Source: Magnetovibrio sp. (GTDB lineage: Bacteria; Pseudomonadota; Alphaproteobacteria; Rhodospirillales; Magnetovibrionaceae). From it: 64,000 nucleotides of DNA. Positions 28,147 to 37,098 of the stretch are shown piece after piece. The stretch covers positions 7,604-71,603 of the forward strand of contig JAPHSY010000024.1 in assembly GCA_026196495.1 (NCBI GenBank), given 5' to 3'. The position numbers and the translations under genes were made by a program. Positions within the stretch are counted from its first letter, which is position 1. Each line of letters begins with the position of its first letter. The notes under the pieces were generated by a model. That model was given only the letters and a program-made list of their open reading frames with translations, made no database searches and had not been told where the DNA came from.

Positions 28147-28530
28147 TCAGCTTTCTGCGGGCATCTCGTAAATGTCCACCTCACCACCGATATCAACCTG
28201 ATCCATGACCACAATGTCTTGTGCTGTGAAGTTCTCACCGGCAACGCCATTGTACAAGGCATACAAAACGGTTCCGACACACAGCTGAACGTCTTGCAGT
28301 GCTTCTTCGTCGAGATCGTCATAATTCCTGAAGCAATACGCTAGTCTCTCAATCGATTCATCAAACACCTGCCTGAAGTTCCCGCTGGCCTTCTTTTTGA
28401 AGAACTGCTCGACCTCATCATCCGTGAGTGTGACATGGCCGCCATCATACTCATTGTCCAAAATCTCATCAGTTACTTTGGTGTGGCGTATGCAGTAGTG
28501 AAGTGTTGGCATTTCCGGCTCCGTAGCCAT
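28147..28530 (-). CDS. Hypothetical acidic protein (127 aa)
   Basis: Open ORF immediately downstream of tRNA-His; D/E-rich. Confidence 0.6.
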   Translation of the reverse strand: MATEPEMPTLHYCIRHTKVTDEILDNEYDGGHVTLTDDEVEQFFKKKASGNFRQVFDESIERLAYCFRNYDDLDEEALQDVQLCVGTVLYALYNGVAGENFTAQDIVVMDQVDIGGEVDIYEMPAES

Positions 28531-28634
28531 CTGGTGTCATTTGAGTATTACAGGGATCAATATGCAGACTGAGGTAGCCTGTGTGTGTTTACAATAGCAA
28601 GGCTATTCGAGATATCAAAGACTTAGTGGGGAAA

Positions 28635-28712
28635 TGGGGTGGCTGATGGGATTTGAACCCACGGCCTCCGGCATCACAAGCCGGCGCTCTAACCAACTGA
28701 GCTACAGCCACC
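28635..28712 (-). tRNA. tRNA-His (GTG), with encoded G-1, C73 and CCA
   Basis: GGTGGCTGTAGCTCAGTTGGTTAGAGCG-CCGGC-TTGTGAT-GCCGG-AGGCC-GTGGGTTCAAATCCCAT-CAGCCAC-C-CCA. Confidence 0.98.
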
Positions 28713-28742
28713 ATATATCCGGGCAACGCCCGAAGTCGCCCT

Positions 28743-28771
28743 TATCTAGACGGAACGTTCACGCTCGTCAA
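28743..28771 (-). promoter_or_regulatory. Sigma70 promoter of tRNA-His
   Basis: TTGACG-N17-TAGATA about 30 nt upstream of the tRNA 5' end. Confidence 0.65.
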
Positions 28772-28781
28772 GCACCCCTTT

Positions 28782-30914
28782 TCAATTGCGTGTCCGCAAA
28801 GCGGGAAAGTGTACGATTGCGGTGGTACCAACGCCCAATTGACTCTCAATTTTAAGAGTACCGCCGTGCAATTTGACCAGTTCATTTGTGAGCGGCAATC
28901 CAAGCCCTGTGCCTTCTATTTCTGGAGCAAGGTGAGAATTTGTGCGGCCAAAGGGTTCCATCGCGGATGCGATTCCATCTTCGTCCATCCCCACACCTGT
29001 GTCTGTTATTCGAAAAATAAGACTGCGTTCAAATTGCTCAACTACCATGGATACCGAACCACCTTTGGGGGTGTATTTAATCGCGTTTGTGAGCAAATTG
29101 AGCAAAATCTGTATCAAGCGGCGCTTATCCGCAAATAGTTTCAACAGGCCGTCGGGAACCACAGCCGTGAGTTCAATTTTATCTTCTTTGGCAAGCGGCA
29201 TAACATGAGCAATGGAATCTTCGGCCACTTCTGTGATGTCGAGGGTGCGTTCATGCAATTCCATTTTGCCAGCCTCAATTGCGGACAAATCAAGAATATC
29301 ATTTATCAATTCAAGAAGGTGTGAGCCCGCAGAATGGATGTTGGTGATGTATTCTCGATAGCTTTCATTTTCAATTGGTCCCATGATTTCGTGTCGAATA
29401 CTATCCGAAAACCCAATGATTGCATTTAATGGCGTGCGCAGCTCATGGGACATGTTGGCTAAGAAATCTGATTTAGCTTGATTGGCAACATCGGCTTGCT
29501 CTTTGGCTGCAACGAACTCGCGCGTGCGTGTTTCAACCATATCTTCAAGTTGCTGGCGTTCTTTATCCAACGTTTCTTGGGTTTTTTGCCGCTCTTTTAC
29601 TTCGTGTTCCAGTTGTTGGTTTTTCACTTCCAATTCAGCACTGCGGTCAAGTGCAATGTTTTCCAACTTCTTTTGTTGCTGCACCATTGAATTTGCTGAT
29701 TTTGCAATACCTTCGAGTTCGGCATAAGCCAACCTATCGATATCTATGGATACATTTTTGGTAACAGCTTCATTGAAGAAGTTTGAAACCAATGTGAAGT
29801 CGTCTTCAAGGGATACAGATATACGTTTGGTGAAGATAATATAAGCGAAGATCAGAGCAAGCAGCACAAAGGCTGAACGTAAAATATTATTAACCAAACG
29901 TTTGTTAAGTGAGACTTTGCGTGACGTTAACTCAGCTTCTAAATCATCAAGCATAACCCCGGCACCAATGTACCAATCAAACCCTTCAATGGCTTCTACA
30001 TAGCTAAGTTTCGGACGAGGTGGACCTCCTGAAAAACCAGGGATGTAATAAGTAACATATCCTCCTTCTCCCTTTGCTGCCGCGATGAGTTCTTGGACAA
30101 TTTTGACCCCATTGACATCGGTGACATCAATCATGTTTTTGCCTTTGGCCGGCCCCACCAAAGACACGCCATTTAATTGTCCTGCGAACAAGTAATTTCC
30201 AACCCCGGCCGTTGAGGTTGAAATACGTTGTAAAAGCTTACTTTTGGCACTGTCTTCAATATCATCAACGAATTGGCCAACACCAATTACCCACCCCAAA
30301 GGCTTAAATAGGCGTACATGGGCTATTCTGGATTGGGGGATGCCATTTTGCTTGGGATCAGGCCATTGAAAGGTTAAGGCCCCTTCCCCCAGAGTATTAG
30401 CGGCCGTTATTATTGTTTCTGCAGCATCACGAATGATCGTGTTTGCATTTTGATTTAGGTTGCGGCCTTCCATTTGGGGTTGTCGGGCAGATAGAATCAA
30501 AGTCCCATCTAAAGTGGTGATGAAATAGCGTTCTTCGCCCTGGTTAAGCTTAATGGAGCGAAGTGCTTCACGAATGGCGACTTCGATTTCGGCACGACTG
30601 TGTGTAGGACTGAGAGCTTCATACATATTTTGCGCGATTAACAAAGCATCTGCCGTGTATCGCGATAAAGATAATGTTGCCTGTTCTTTTGCATTAAAAC
30701 GATTGATGCGCACATAGTCAGCCATATCTGAGATGATTGATTTTAAGTAGGCTTTCTTCTCGTTTGTCCGGGTTTGGCTATACAAGTCTAGCTCACGCGT
30801 GAGGGAGCGGTAATCTTGATAGGCCCAAAGTGCTCCTATGAACACAATGGCAAGTAAGGCAAGCGTGGCCATGCGTGCGGGCACAGTTGTTGAGATTTTG
30901 GGCTTGATGGTCAA
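28782..30914 (-). CDS. Sensor histidine kinase with two periplasmic Cache-type domains
   Basis: TM-Cache-Cache-TM; [21 protein letters not shown]-box; [22 protein letters not shown]. Confidence 0.92.
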   Translation of the reverse strand: MTIKPKISTTVPARMATLALLAIVFIGALWAYQDYRSLTRELDLYSQTRTNEKKAYLKSIISDMADYVRINRFNAKEQATLSLSRYTADALLIAQNMYEALSPTHSRAEIEVAIREALRSIKLNQGEERYFITTLDGTLILSARQPQMEGRNLNQNANTIIRDAAETIITAANTLGEGALTFQWPDPKQNGIPQSRIAHVRLFKPLGWVIGVGQFVDDIEDSAKSKLLQRISTSTAGVGNYLFAGQLNGVSLVGPAKGKNMIDVTDVNGVKIVQELIAAAKGEGGYVTYYIPGFSGGPPRPKLSYVEAIEGFDWYIGAGVMLDDLEAELTSRKVSLNKRLVNNILRSAFVLLALIFAYIIFTKRISVSLEDDFTLVSNFFNEAVTKNVSIDIDRLAYAELEGIAKSANSMVQQQKKLENIALDRSAELEVKNQQLEHEVKERQKTQETLDKERQQLEDMVETRTREFVAAKEQADVANQAKSDFLANMSHELRTPLNAIIGFSDSIRHEIMGPIENESYREYITNIHSAGSHLLELINDILDLSAIEAGKMELHERTLDITEVAEDSIAHVMPLAKEDKIELTAVVPDGLLKLFADKRRLIQILLNLLTNAIKYTPKGGSVSMVVEQFERSLIFRITDTGVGMDEDGIASAMEPFGRTNSHLAPEIEGTGLGLPLTNELVKLHGGTLKIESQLGVGTTAIVHFPALRTRN

Positions 30915-31043
30915 ATTATATCCTTGTTAGCGTGGGCCATGTAGTGATTGAACCTCGAACATACTTTATGCGCAAGTTTGTCTTGCCTATGCACTGTGTG
31001 TTTAACGAAAAAAAATACTAGCTATCAAGCCAGCTCGCCACAC

Positions 31044-31060
31044 TGCACAATAATTGTGCA
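31044..31060. promoter_or_regulatory. NtrC-type enhancer site
   Basis: Perfect TGCAC-N7-GTGCA (tgcacaataattgtgca) about 110 bp upstream of the sigma54 promoter. Confidence 0.8.
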
Positions 31061-31166
31061 GGTGAGTAATTATTAGTCACACTCAATTGACCTTTTGGCG
31101 CCTAACTGGCAAGCCAAAACACACTTAAGATATTGTTACTGTTTGATAATTTATCTACAGAGTAAG

Positions 31167-31183
31167 TTGGCATGCAGTGTGCT
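31167..31183 (+). promoter_or_regulatory. Sigma54 (-24/-12) promoter of glnB-glnA
   Basis: TTGGCATGCAGTGTGCT (GG-N10-GC); a weaker GG-N10-GC lies at 31097-31110. Confidence 0.75.
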
Positions 31184-31278
31184 AAATAGGCTGCAAGCCG
31201 AGAACCCAAAATATTATCTTGGTCTTAGAGACAGTGGTCGTGATATGCATTCAATGTTTGCGGCCAAACGGAGAATAA

Positions 31279-31623
<345 letters not shown>

Positions 31624-31713
31624 TCGGGAAATTTTAAGAATTCCGGTCTCGTCCATTTGGTGACAACGGGACTGGCTAAACCTTCAAACCACTATCCATC
31701 GAGGAAGAAAAAT

Positions 31714-33135
31714 ATGTCTTTGGATCTGAAAACCGCCGATGACGTCATCCAGTACGTCAAAGACGAAAATATTGACTACATCGACCTGCGTTTCACCGAC
31801 CCGCGCGGCAAATGGCAACACTTGACCATGTGTTCCGAGTTTGTCGACAACGACGCATTCGAAGACGGCATCATGTTTGACGGTTCTTCCATCGAAGGCT
31901 GGAAAGCGATCAACGAATCCGACATGGCTCTGATCCCTGACGCGACCACCGCTGTTATGGATCCGTTCTCTGCTCAGCCGCAAATGATCTTGTTCTGCGA
32001 CATCCGCGAGCCGTCCACCGGCCAAGGCTACAACCGTGACCCGCGTTCTTGCGCAAAGCGTGCTGAAGCTTACTTGAAGTCCACCGGCATCGGTGACACT
32101 GCATACGTTGGTCCGGAACTCGAATTCTTCGTATTTGACGATGTTCGCTTCGACGTTGAAATGAACCGTTGCTTCTACGAATTTGACAGTGACGAAGGTC
32201 CTTACGTCACCGGCAAAATCATGGAAGAAAGCAACATGGGTCACCGTCCGACCGTTAAAGGCGGCTACTTCCCAGTTCCTCCGGTAGATTCTGCACACGA
32301 TCTGCGTGCCGAAATGGTTACCGTGATGAAAGAAATGGGCCTGTCCATGGACAAGCACCATCACGAAGTTGCTCCTTCCCAACATGAATTGGGCATGACC
32401 TTCAACACCTTGGTTCGCGCAGCTGACGATATCCAAATCAACAAGTACTGCACGCACATGACCGCTCACACCTATGGCAAAACGGCGACCTTCATGCCGA
32501 AGCCTGTTGCAGGTGATAACGGTTCTGGCATGCACACGCACCAATCCATCTGGAAAGATGGTAAGCCTTTGTTTGCTGGTAACGGCTATGCAGACCTGTC
32601 TGACGAAGCCCTGTACTACATTGGCGGCATCATCAAGCACGCTAAAGCCATCAATGCTTTCTCTAACGCTTCCACCAACTCTTACAAGCGTTTGATCCCT
32701 GGCTTTGAAGCTCCGGTTCTGTTGGCATACTCTGCTCGTAACCGTTCCGCATCTTGCCGTATCCCGTTTGCGACCAACCCGAAAGGCAAGCGCGTTGAAA
32801 TCCGTTTCCCGGATCCGACCGCAAACCCATACTTGGCGTTCACCGCCTTGATGATGGCCGGCCTCGACGGTATCGAAAACAAAATCCACCCGGGCGATGC
32901 TATGGACAAGAACCTCTACGACTTGCCTGCTGAAGAGCTGGCCGAGGTTCCGACCGTTGCTGGTTCTTTGCGTGAAGCGCTTGAAGCACTTGATGCTGAC
33001 CGCGAATTCCTCACCAAAGGTGGCGTGATGGATGACGACATGATCGACGGCTATCTCGAACTGAAGTGGGAAGAAGTTTATAACTTCGAACACACCCCGC
33101 ACCCGGTTGAATTCAAAATGTACTACAGCTGCTAA
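31714..33135 (+). CDS. glnA: Type I glutamine synthetase
   Basis: [49 protein letters not shown]-like, adenylylation-loop NLYDLP; start ATG 31714. Confidence 0.98.
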   Translation: MSLDLKTADDVIQYVKDENIDYIDLRFTDPRGKWQHLTMCSEFVDNDAFEDGIMFDGSSIEGWKAINESDMALIPDATTAVMDPFSAQPQMILFCDIREPSTGQGYNRDPRSCAKRAEAYLKSTGIGDTAYVGPELEFFVFDDVRFDVEMNRCFYEFDSDEGPYVTGKIMEESNMGHRPTVKGGYFPVPPVDSAHDLRAEMVTVMKEMGLSMDKHHHEVAPSQHELGMTFNTLVRAADDIQINKYCTHMTAHTYGKTATFMPKPVAGDNGSGMHTHQSIWKDGKPLFAGNGYADLSDEALYYIGGIIKHAKAINAFSNASTNSYKRLIPGFEAPVLLAYSARNRSASCRIPFATNPKGKRVEIRFPDPTANPYLAFTALMMAGLDGIENKIHPGDAMDKNLYDLPAEELAEVPTVAGSLREALEALDADREFLTKGGVMDDDMIDGYLELKWEEVYNFEHTPHPVEFKMYYSC

Positions 33136-33161
33136 TCAGCTCAGTTCTTTTGAACCAAACG

Positions 33162-33195
33162 AAAGGCCCCGAGGACTTAACCTCGGGGCCTTTTT
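33162..33195 (+). terminator. Intrinsic terminator after glnA
   Basis: aaaggccccgagg-acttaa-cctcggggccttttt. Confidence 0.9.
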
Positions 33196-33497
33196 CGTGG
33201 TTCAACTGATCGGATTTTGATCCATAAAATCTTTACTTATTTTGTGTAATAATTGATCTGTTGGATTTGGGCTCCGAATTGGACTGGTTGAATGTGTGCC
33301 TAATGCACCCTATCACCCTTCCAGTTTTGGTTGATATTTTGCACGCACAGGATCATTGTTTCATATCTCAAAAAACTTCAGATACTCCGAACAACTGGAA
33401 TTCGCCTGGAATAAGCAGTTTGCTTGGTTGTTTTCGAGCCATAGAAATGTTCAAGTACTGTTTGTTAGAATTTATATAATGATCAAGTGGGTTCCTT

Positions 33498-34967
33498 ATG
33501 GGCAAAGTGCTTTTCATCCAAACACAGAAATATGCTTATCCTGGCCTGTATTATTTATGTGGTGCATTAAAGGAAGCCGGACACGAGTATCAAGTCATTC
33601 ACGCTTTAAAGCTGGAAGAAGCTGCTTCTGTCATTGATGAATTTCAGCCAGATTTAATTGGCTATTCCTGTATGACGGGGGCGCACAAAGCAATTTTAGA
33701 ATTGTCCTCTGAAATCAAAGCGAAATACCCCAATGTACCGATTGTTTTGGGGGGCATTCACCCCACCCTTTACCCCGATGTTTTGAAGCATCCAGCCATC
33801 AGTTTCATTTGCAAAGGTGATGGTGAAGCAGCATTGGTGGAACTGACCGATGCAGTTTGTGCTGGTGAACAAGACTTTCATATCTTCAATATTCATCACA
33901 AAGATGCGGCTGGCGACATTGTTGAAATGCCCATGCGACCGCTGACCAGTGTAATGGATGAATTACCATTCCCTGATTACAGCGTGTATCGCAAAATTTC
34001 TGAGATTGCCGCTGATGAATACCCAATGGTTTATTATGAGCGCGGCTGTCCCTATACCTGCAGTTACTGTCATAACAGTGATCAGCGCGCACTTTACAAA
34101 GGATTGGGTAAATATGTTCGGCGCTTTAGTGTTGATCGTATCATTGCGGAATCCAAGGCCGCACTTGAAAGCTATCCAAAATCAAGAACACTTTTGCTGG
34201 GGGCTGATACGTTTGGGGCTAAAAAGGATTTCACCCGCGAACTTTTGACCCGGTTTAAAGATGAAGTCGGTGTTCCTTACACATGTCTTGTTCGGCCAGA
34301 ATTGGTTACGGAAGAGTTGGCCAAAATGATGGCGGAAACGGGCTGTCACATGGTGGCTTTTGGTGTTGAATCTGGTTCCGAGCGTATCCGCACAAAAATC
34401 TTAGGACGCAAGTACAGCAATGCAAAAGTAGTTGAGGCTGCAAAAATCTTACGGGAATTTGGTGTGAGTTTTCGCACCTATAACATTGTTGGGTTCCCAT
34501 CGGAATCACGGGAAGAAATGTTGGAAACATTGGAATTGAATTTGAAAATTCGACCCGAATTTCCCTGGGCATCAATCTACACCCCCTATCCCCGGACTGA
34601 ATTGGCGGACTACTGCGTTGAACACGGGCACCTTAGCCCAGACTTTTCATTTGATGATGTGCCACTGTCATTTTTCAATGACACCATTTTGGAAAATGTC
34701 GACAGAAGTTTCATCCGAAACATCCATGCCTTCTTCCAATTGTTTGTATTGATGCCGTTTCTTTATCCGGTCTTTAAATGGCTATTGTATGTGCCACACA
34801 ACCCCGTGTTTGGGTTTATCTTTAAGGCCGTTTATTCGTACGTATGTGTCCGATCAGAAAACCGTACAATATGGGGCTTTTTGAAATTGGCTTTTGGCAA
34901 TCGTCACATGTTTTCCCGAAAAGTTAAAAGTAACAGTGGTGTTACGGCCCTAATGGATTCCCAATAA
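33498..34967 (+). CDS. Cobalamin-binding radical SAM protein
   Basis: N-terminal B12-binding domain (PDLIGYS, IVLGGIHPTLYP, KGDGE); RGCPYTCSYC CxxxCxxC; FGVESGSE. Confidence 0.9.
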   Translation: MGKVLFIQTQKYAYPGLYYLCGALKEAGHEYQVIHALKLEEAASVIDEFQPDLIGYSCMTGAHKAILELSSEIKAKYPNVPIVLGGIHPTLYPDVLKHPAISFICKGDGEAALVELTDAVCAGEQDFHIFNIHHKDAAGDIVEMPMRPLTSVMDELPFPDYSVYRKISEIAADEYPMVYYERGCPYTCSYCHNSDQRALYKGLGKYVRRFSVDRIIAESKAALESYPKSRTLLLGADTFGAKKDFTRELLTRFKDEVGVPYTCLVRPELVTEELAKMMAETGCHMVAFGVESGSERIRTKILGRKYSNAKVVEAAKILREFGVSFRTYNIVGFPSESREEMLETLELNLKIRPEFPWASIYTPYPRTELADYCVEHGHLSPDFSFDDVPLSFFNDTILENVDRSFIRNIHAFFQLFVLMPFLYPVFKWLLYVPHNPVFGFIFKAVYSYVCVRSENRTIWGFLKLAFGNRHMFSRKVKSNSGVTALMDSQ

Positions 34968-35028
34968 CCCAGTACTGTTCAAATATATTTGTACTGAATT
35001 TTCATAAATTGTTTCGCATATAACAACT

Positions 35029-35622
35029 ATGGATACGAACCGCCAAGATGAACTGTCTATGGCAGCGCAGGAGTGGTTGATACCCATATCAGAGGGCAAC
35101 ATAACACTTAGTAGTGCGTTGCAAGATTTGCGTGCCTGTGGTGACCGCCAAGGCGACATACCTTTGCTTGTCCAGTTGGTTGAAAACCCCCGTTTTCACA
35201 CTCCCGGTCTCGACATTTTCCACGGCCGTGTGGACTTGTTGGCACATGATTGCATCCATATCCTTCTGGGGCGCGGCATGTTGGCAAAGGATGAAGCCTT
35301 CGTTATTGGTTTCACCATGGGCTCAACCAACAGGATCAATGCCACAGAAGAAAAGCTATTTTCCTTTATTGCGCAGCATTTTTACCCCGGTGTTTATCGT
35401 TTTAGTGAAGATGATATATCCGTGTTTCGTGATGCATTACGTTTAGGGTTTATCTCACACTGCATCCCACTTGATCGCGTCGATTATGACCAGTTTCAAG
35501 GGGACACCTTATCTGAAGTCCGGGAAAAATTGGGGATTGAGGTTGATTTGCTGAAAGCGTATTACGCTATCGAGGCCCGTCACTATCCAAATTGCCCAGA
35601 AAGCATCCGTTTGCTGTCATAA
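35029..35622 (+). CDS. Coq4-like putative metal-binding protein
   Basis: HDCIH-x11-E motif and C-terminal 'TLSEVREKLGI' as in the Coq4 family. Confidence 0.55.
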   Translation: MDTNRQDELSMAAQEWLIPISEGNITLSSALQDLRACGDRQGDIPLLVQLVENPRFHTPGLDIFHGRVDLLAHDCIHILLGRGMLAKDEAFVIGFTMGSTNRINATEEKLFSFIAQHFYPGVYRFSEDDISVFRDALRLGFISHCIPLDRVDYDQFQGDTLSEVREKLGIEVDLLKAYYAIEARHYPNCPESIRLLS

Positions 35623-35626
35623 GAAA

Positions 35627-35666
35627 GAAGCCCCGAGGTTTACCTATTTGGTTTCCTCGAGGCTTC
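35627..35666. terminator. Hairpin between convergent genes
   Basis: gaagcc(c)cgagg...cctcgaggcttc. Confidence 0.5.
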
Positions 35667-35716
35667 AACGCGTACATCCACCTGATTAGAATGGACGTCC
35701 CTCACGTGTATTGGCT

Positions 35717-36376
35717 TTATGCGACCACGCGCAAACGATTTTGATCCAAGGTGAAGTATTCTTCCACATGATCCAAAGCGCTGTGAACAGATGCTTCAAT
35801 ATCTTGTTCACCTGTGTTGATGATCAGCTCTGGGTTATCTGGTGCTTCATACGGTGCGCTGATGCCTGTGAATTCAGGAATTTCGCCCGCACGTGCACGT
35901 TTATAGAGGCCTTTCGGATCACGGTTTTCGCACACGTCCAAAGAGGCTTCAACATAGACTTCATGGAAGCCTTCACCAATGATCTCACGCGCGATGTCAC
36001 GGTCTTCTTGATATGGTGAAATGAATGCCGTTACGACCAAAGTTCCGGATTGCGCAAACAGAGCTGCCACCTCGGCAATGCGACGAATGTTTTCACTGCG
36101 GTCTTGTGGCGAAAAGCCCAAGTCTTTGTTCAGGCCCGCACGTACATTGTCGCCATCCAGAACATATGCCTGATAACCCAATTGATGCAGTGCTTGTTCC
36201 AAGCCCAGTCCAACTGTGCTTTTGCCAGAACCCGACAAACCAGTTAGCCACAAGACACCACCTTTGTGTCCTGTACGTATAGCTTGATGTTCGGGGCTGA
36301 CACGGTGGTCTACGATGTAGATGTTGCGTGCTTCAGCTTCCTGAGCACGATCTGTTTTGGTGTTTGAATGGCTCAT
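35717..36376 (-). CDS. cysC: Adenylyl-sulfate kinase
   Basis: WLTGLSGSGKST, LDGDNVR.GLN.DLGFS..DR.ENIRR, RDPKGLYKRARAGEI..FTGISAPYEAP. Confidence 0.97.
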   Translation of the reverse strand: MSHSNTKTDRAQEAEARNIYIVDHRVSPEHQAIRTGHKGGVLWLTGLSGSGKSTVGLGLEQALHQLGYQAYVLDGDNVRAGLNKDLGFSPQDRSENIRRIAEVAALFAQSGTLVVTAFISPYQEDRDIAREIIGEGFHEVYVEASLDVCENRDPKGLYKRARAGEIPEFTGISAPYEAPDNPELIINTGEQDIEASVHSALDHVEEYFTLDQNRLRVVA

Positions 36377-37098
36377 TGCCTGTTCTCCGCAAATTTAAAT
36401 TGAAAGGTGTCAAAGGTTGCACTGTGCAACCCGCATTCTGTTTTGGTTTGTCCGGCCCATCGTCCGGCACGGGCATTTTGACCTGTCCCCGTTTTGAGTG
36501 TGCAGGTGGCACAACCAATGGAGCGATAACCTTCTACAACCAATGGATGGCGTGGAATTTGATGAGTTTGAAAAGCATCTTCAATATCTGCCTCAGACCA
36601 AGTGGCGAGTGGGTTCACTTTGATGTGCTGACCTTCGATGTTTACAGTTGGAAGAGCTTGGCGCCCTTCACCGTGAAACTGTTTTCGCCCTGTGATAAGA
36701 ATGTCAAAGTCAGCAGCAGCTTGTGCATGCGGCATGACCTTGCGCACCTGACAGCAAAGGTCCGGGTTGCTTTGATGTAAGTCACCATCAGCATCTGTGC
36801 TGTCAATGAGACCTAAAGGGGCAGAAACAATCCTGACATCCAACAGTCCAAAGTGATCGACCAAACGATTTCGATATTCAATCGTTTCGTCAAACAGCTT
36901 GCCTGTGTCTACAGTGAGCACTGGTGTGCTTGGATCAATCTCTGCGACCAAGCCCAACAGCACGGCTGACTCAGCACCGAATGATGACGATACAGCAACG
37001 CGCGCATCAGCTTCATTAAGAATAACGGCTTTTAGCAATGCCCCACCGTCGAGCTTTCGCCACGTTTTAATCATGGTGTTGATCAATTCGGTTTTCAT
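36373..37098 (-). CDS. cysH: APS/PAPS reductase, [4Fe-4S] (APS-reductase-type) motif set
   Basis: SSFGAES, DTG.LF.ET, CCQVRKV, GYRSIGCATCT, RAGRW, ECGLH. Confidence 0.93.
   Translation of the reverse strand: MKTELINTMIKTWRKLDGGALLKAVILNEADARVAVSSSFGAESAVLLGLVAEIDPSTPVLTVDTGKLFDETIEYRNRLVDHFGLLDVRIVSAPLGLIDSTDADGDLHQSNPDLCCQVRKVMPHAQAAADFDILITGRKQFHGEGRQALPTVNIEGQHIKVNPLATWSEADIEDAFQTHQIPRHPLVVEGYRSIGCATCTLKTGTGQNARAGRWAGQTKTECGLHSATFDTFQFKFAENRQ

Noticed and set aside
31684-33102. 472-aa ORF antisense to glnA (also 14048-14872 antisense to fba, 23369-24034 to fccB, 45461-46066 to hynL)
   Set aside because: Shadow ORFs on the opposite strand of highly biased, well-identified genes; no motifs or RBS support
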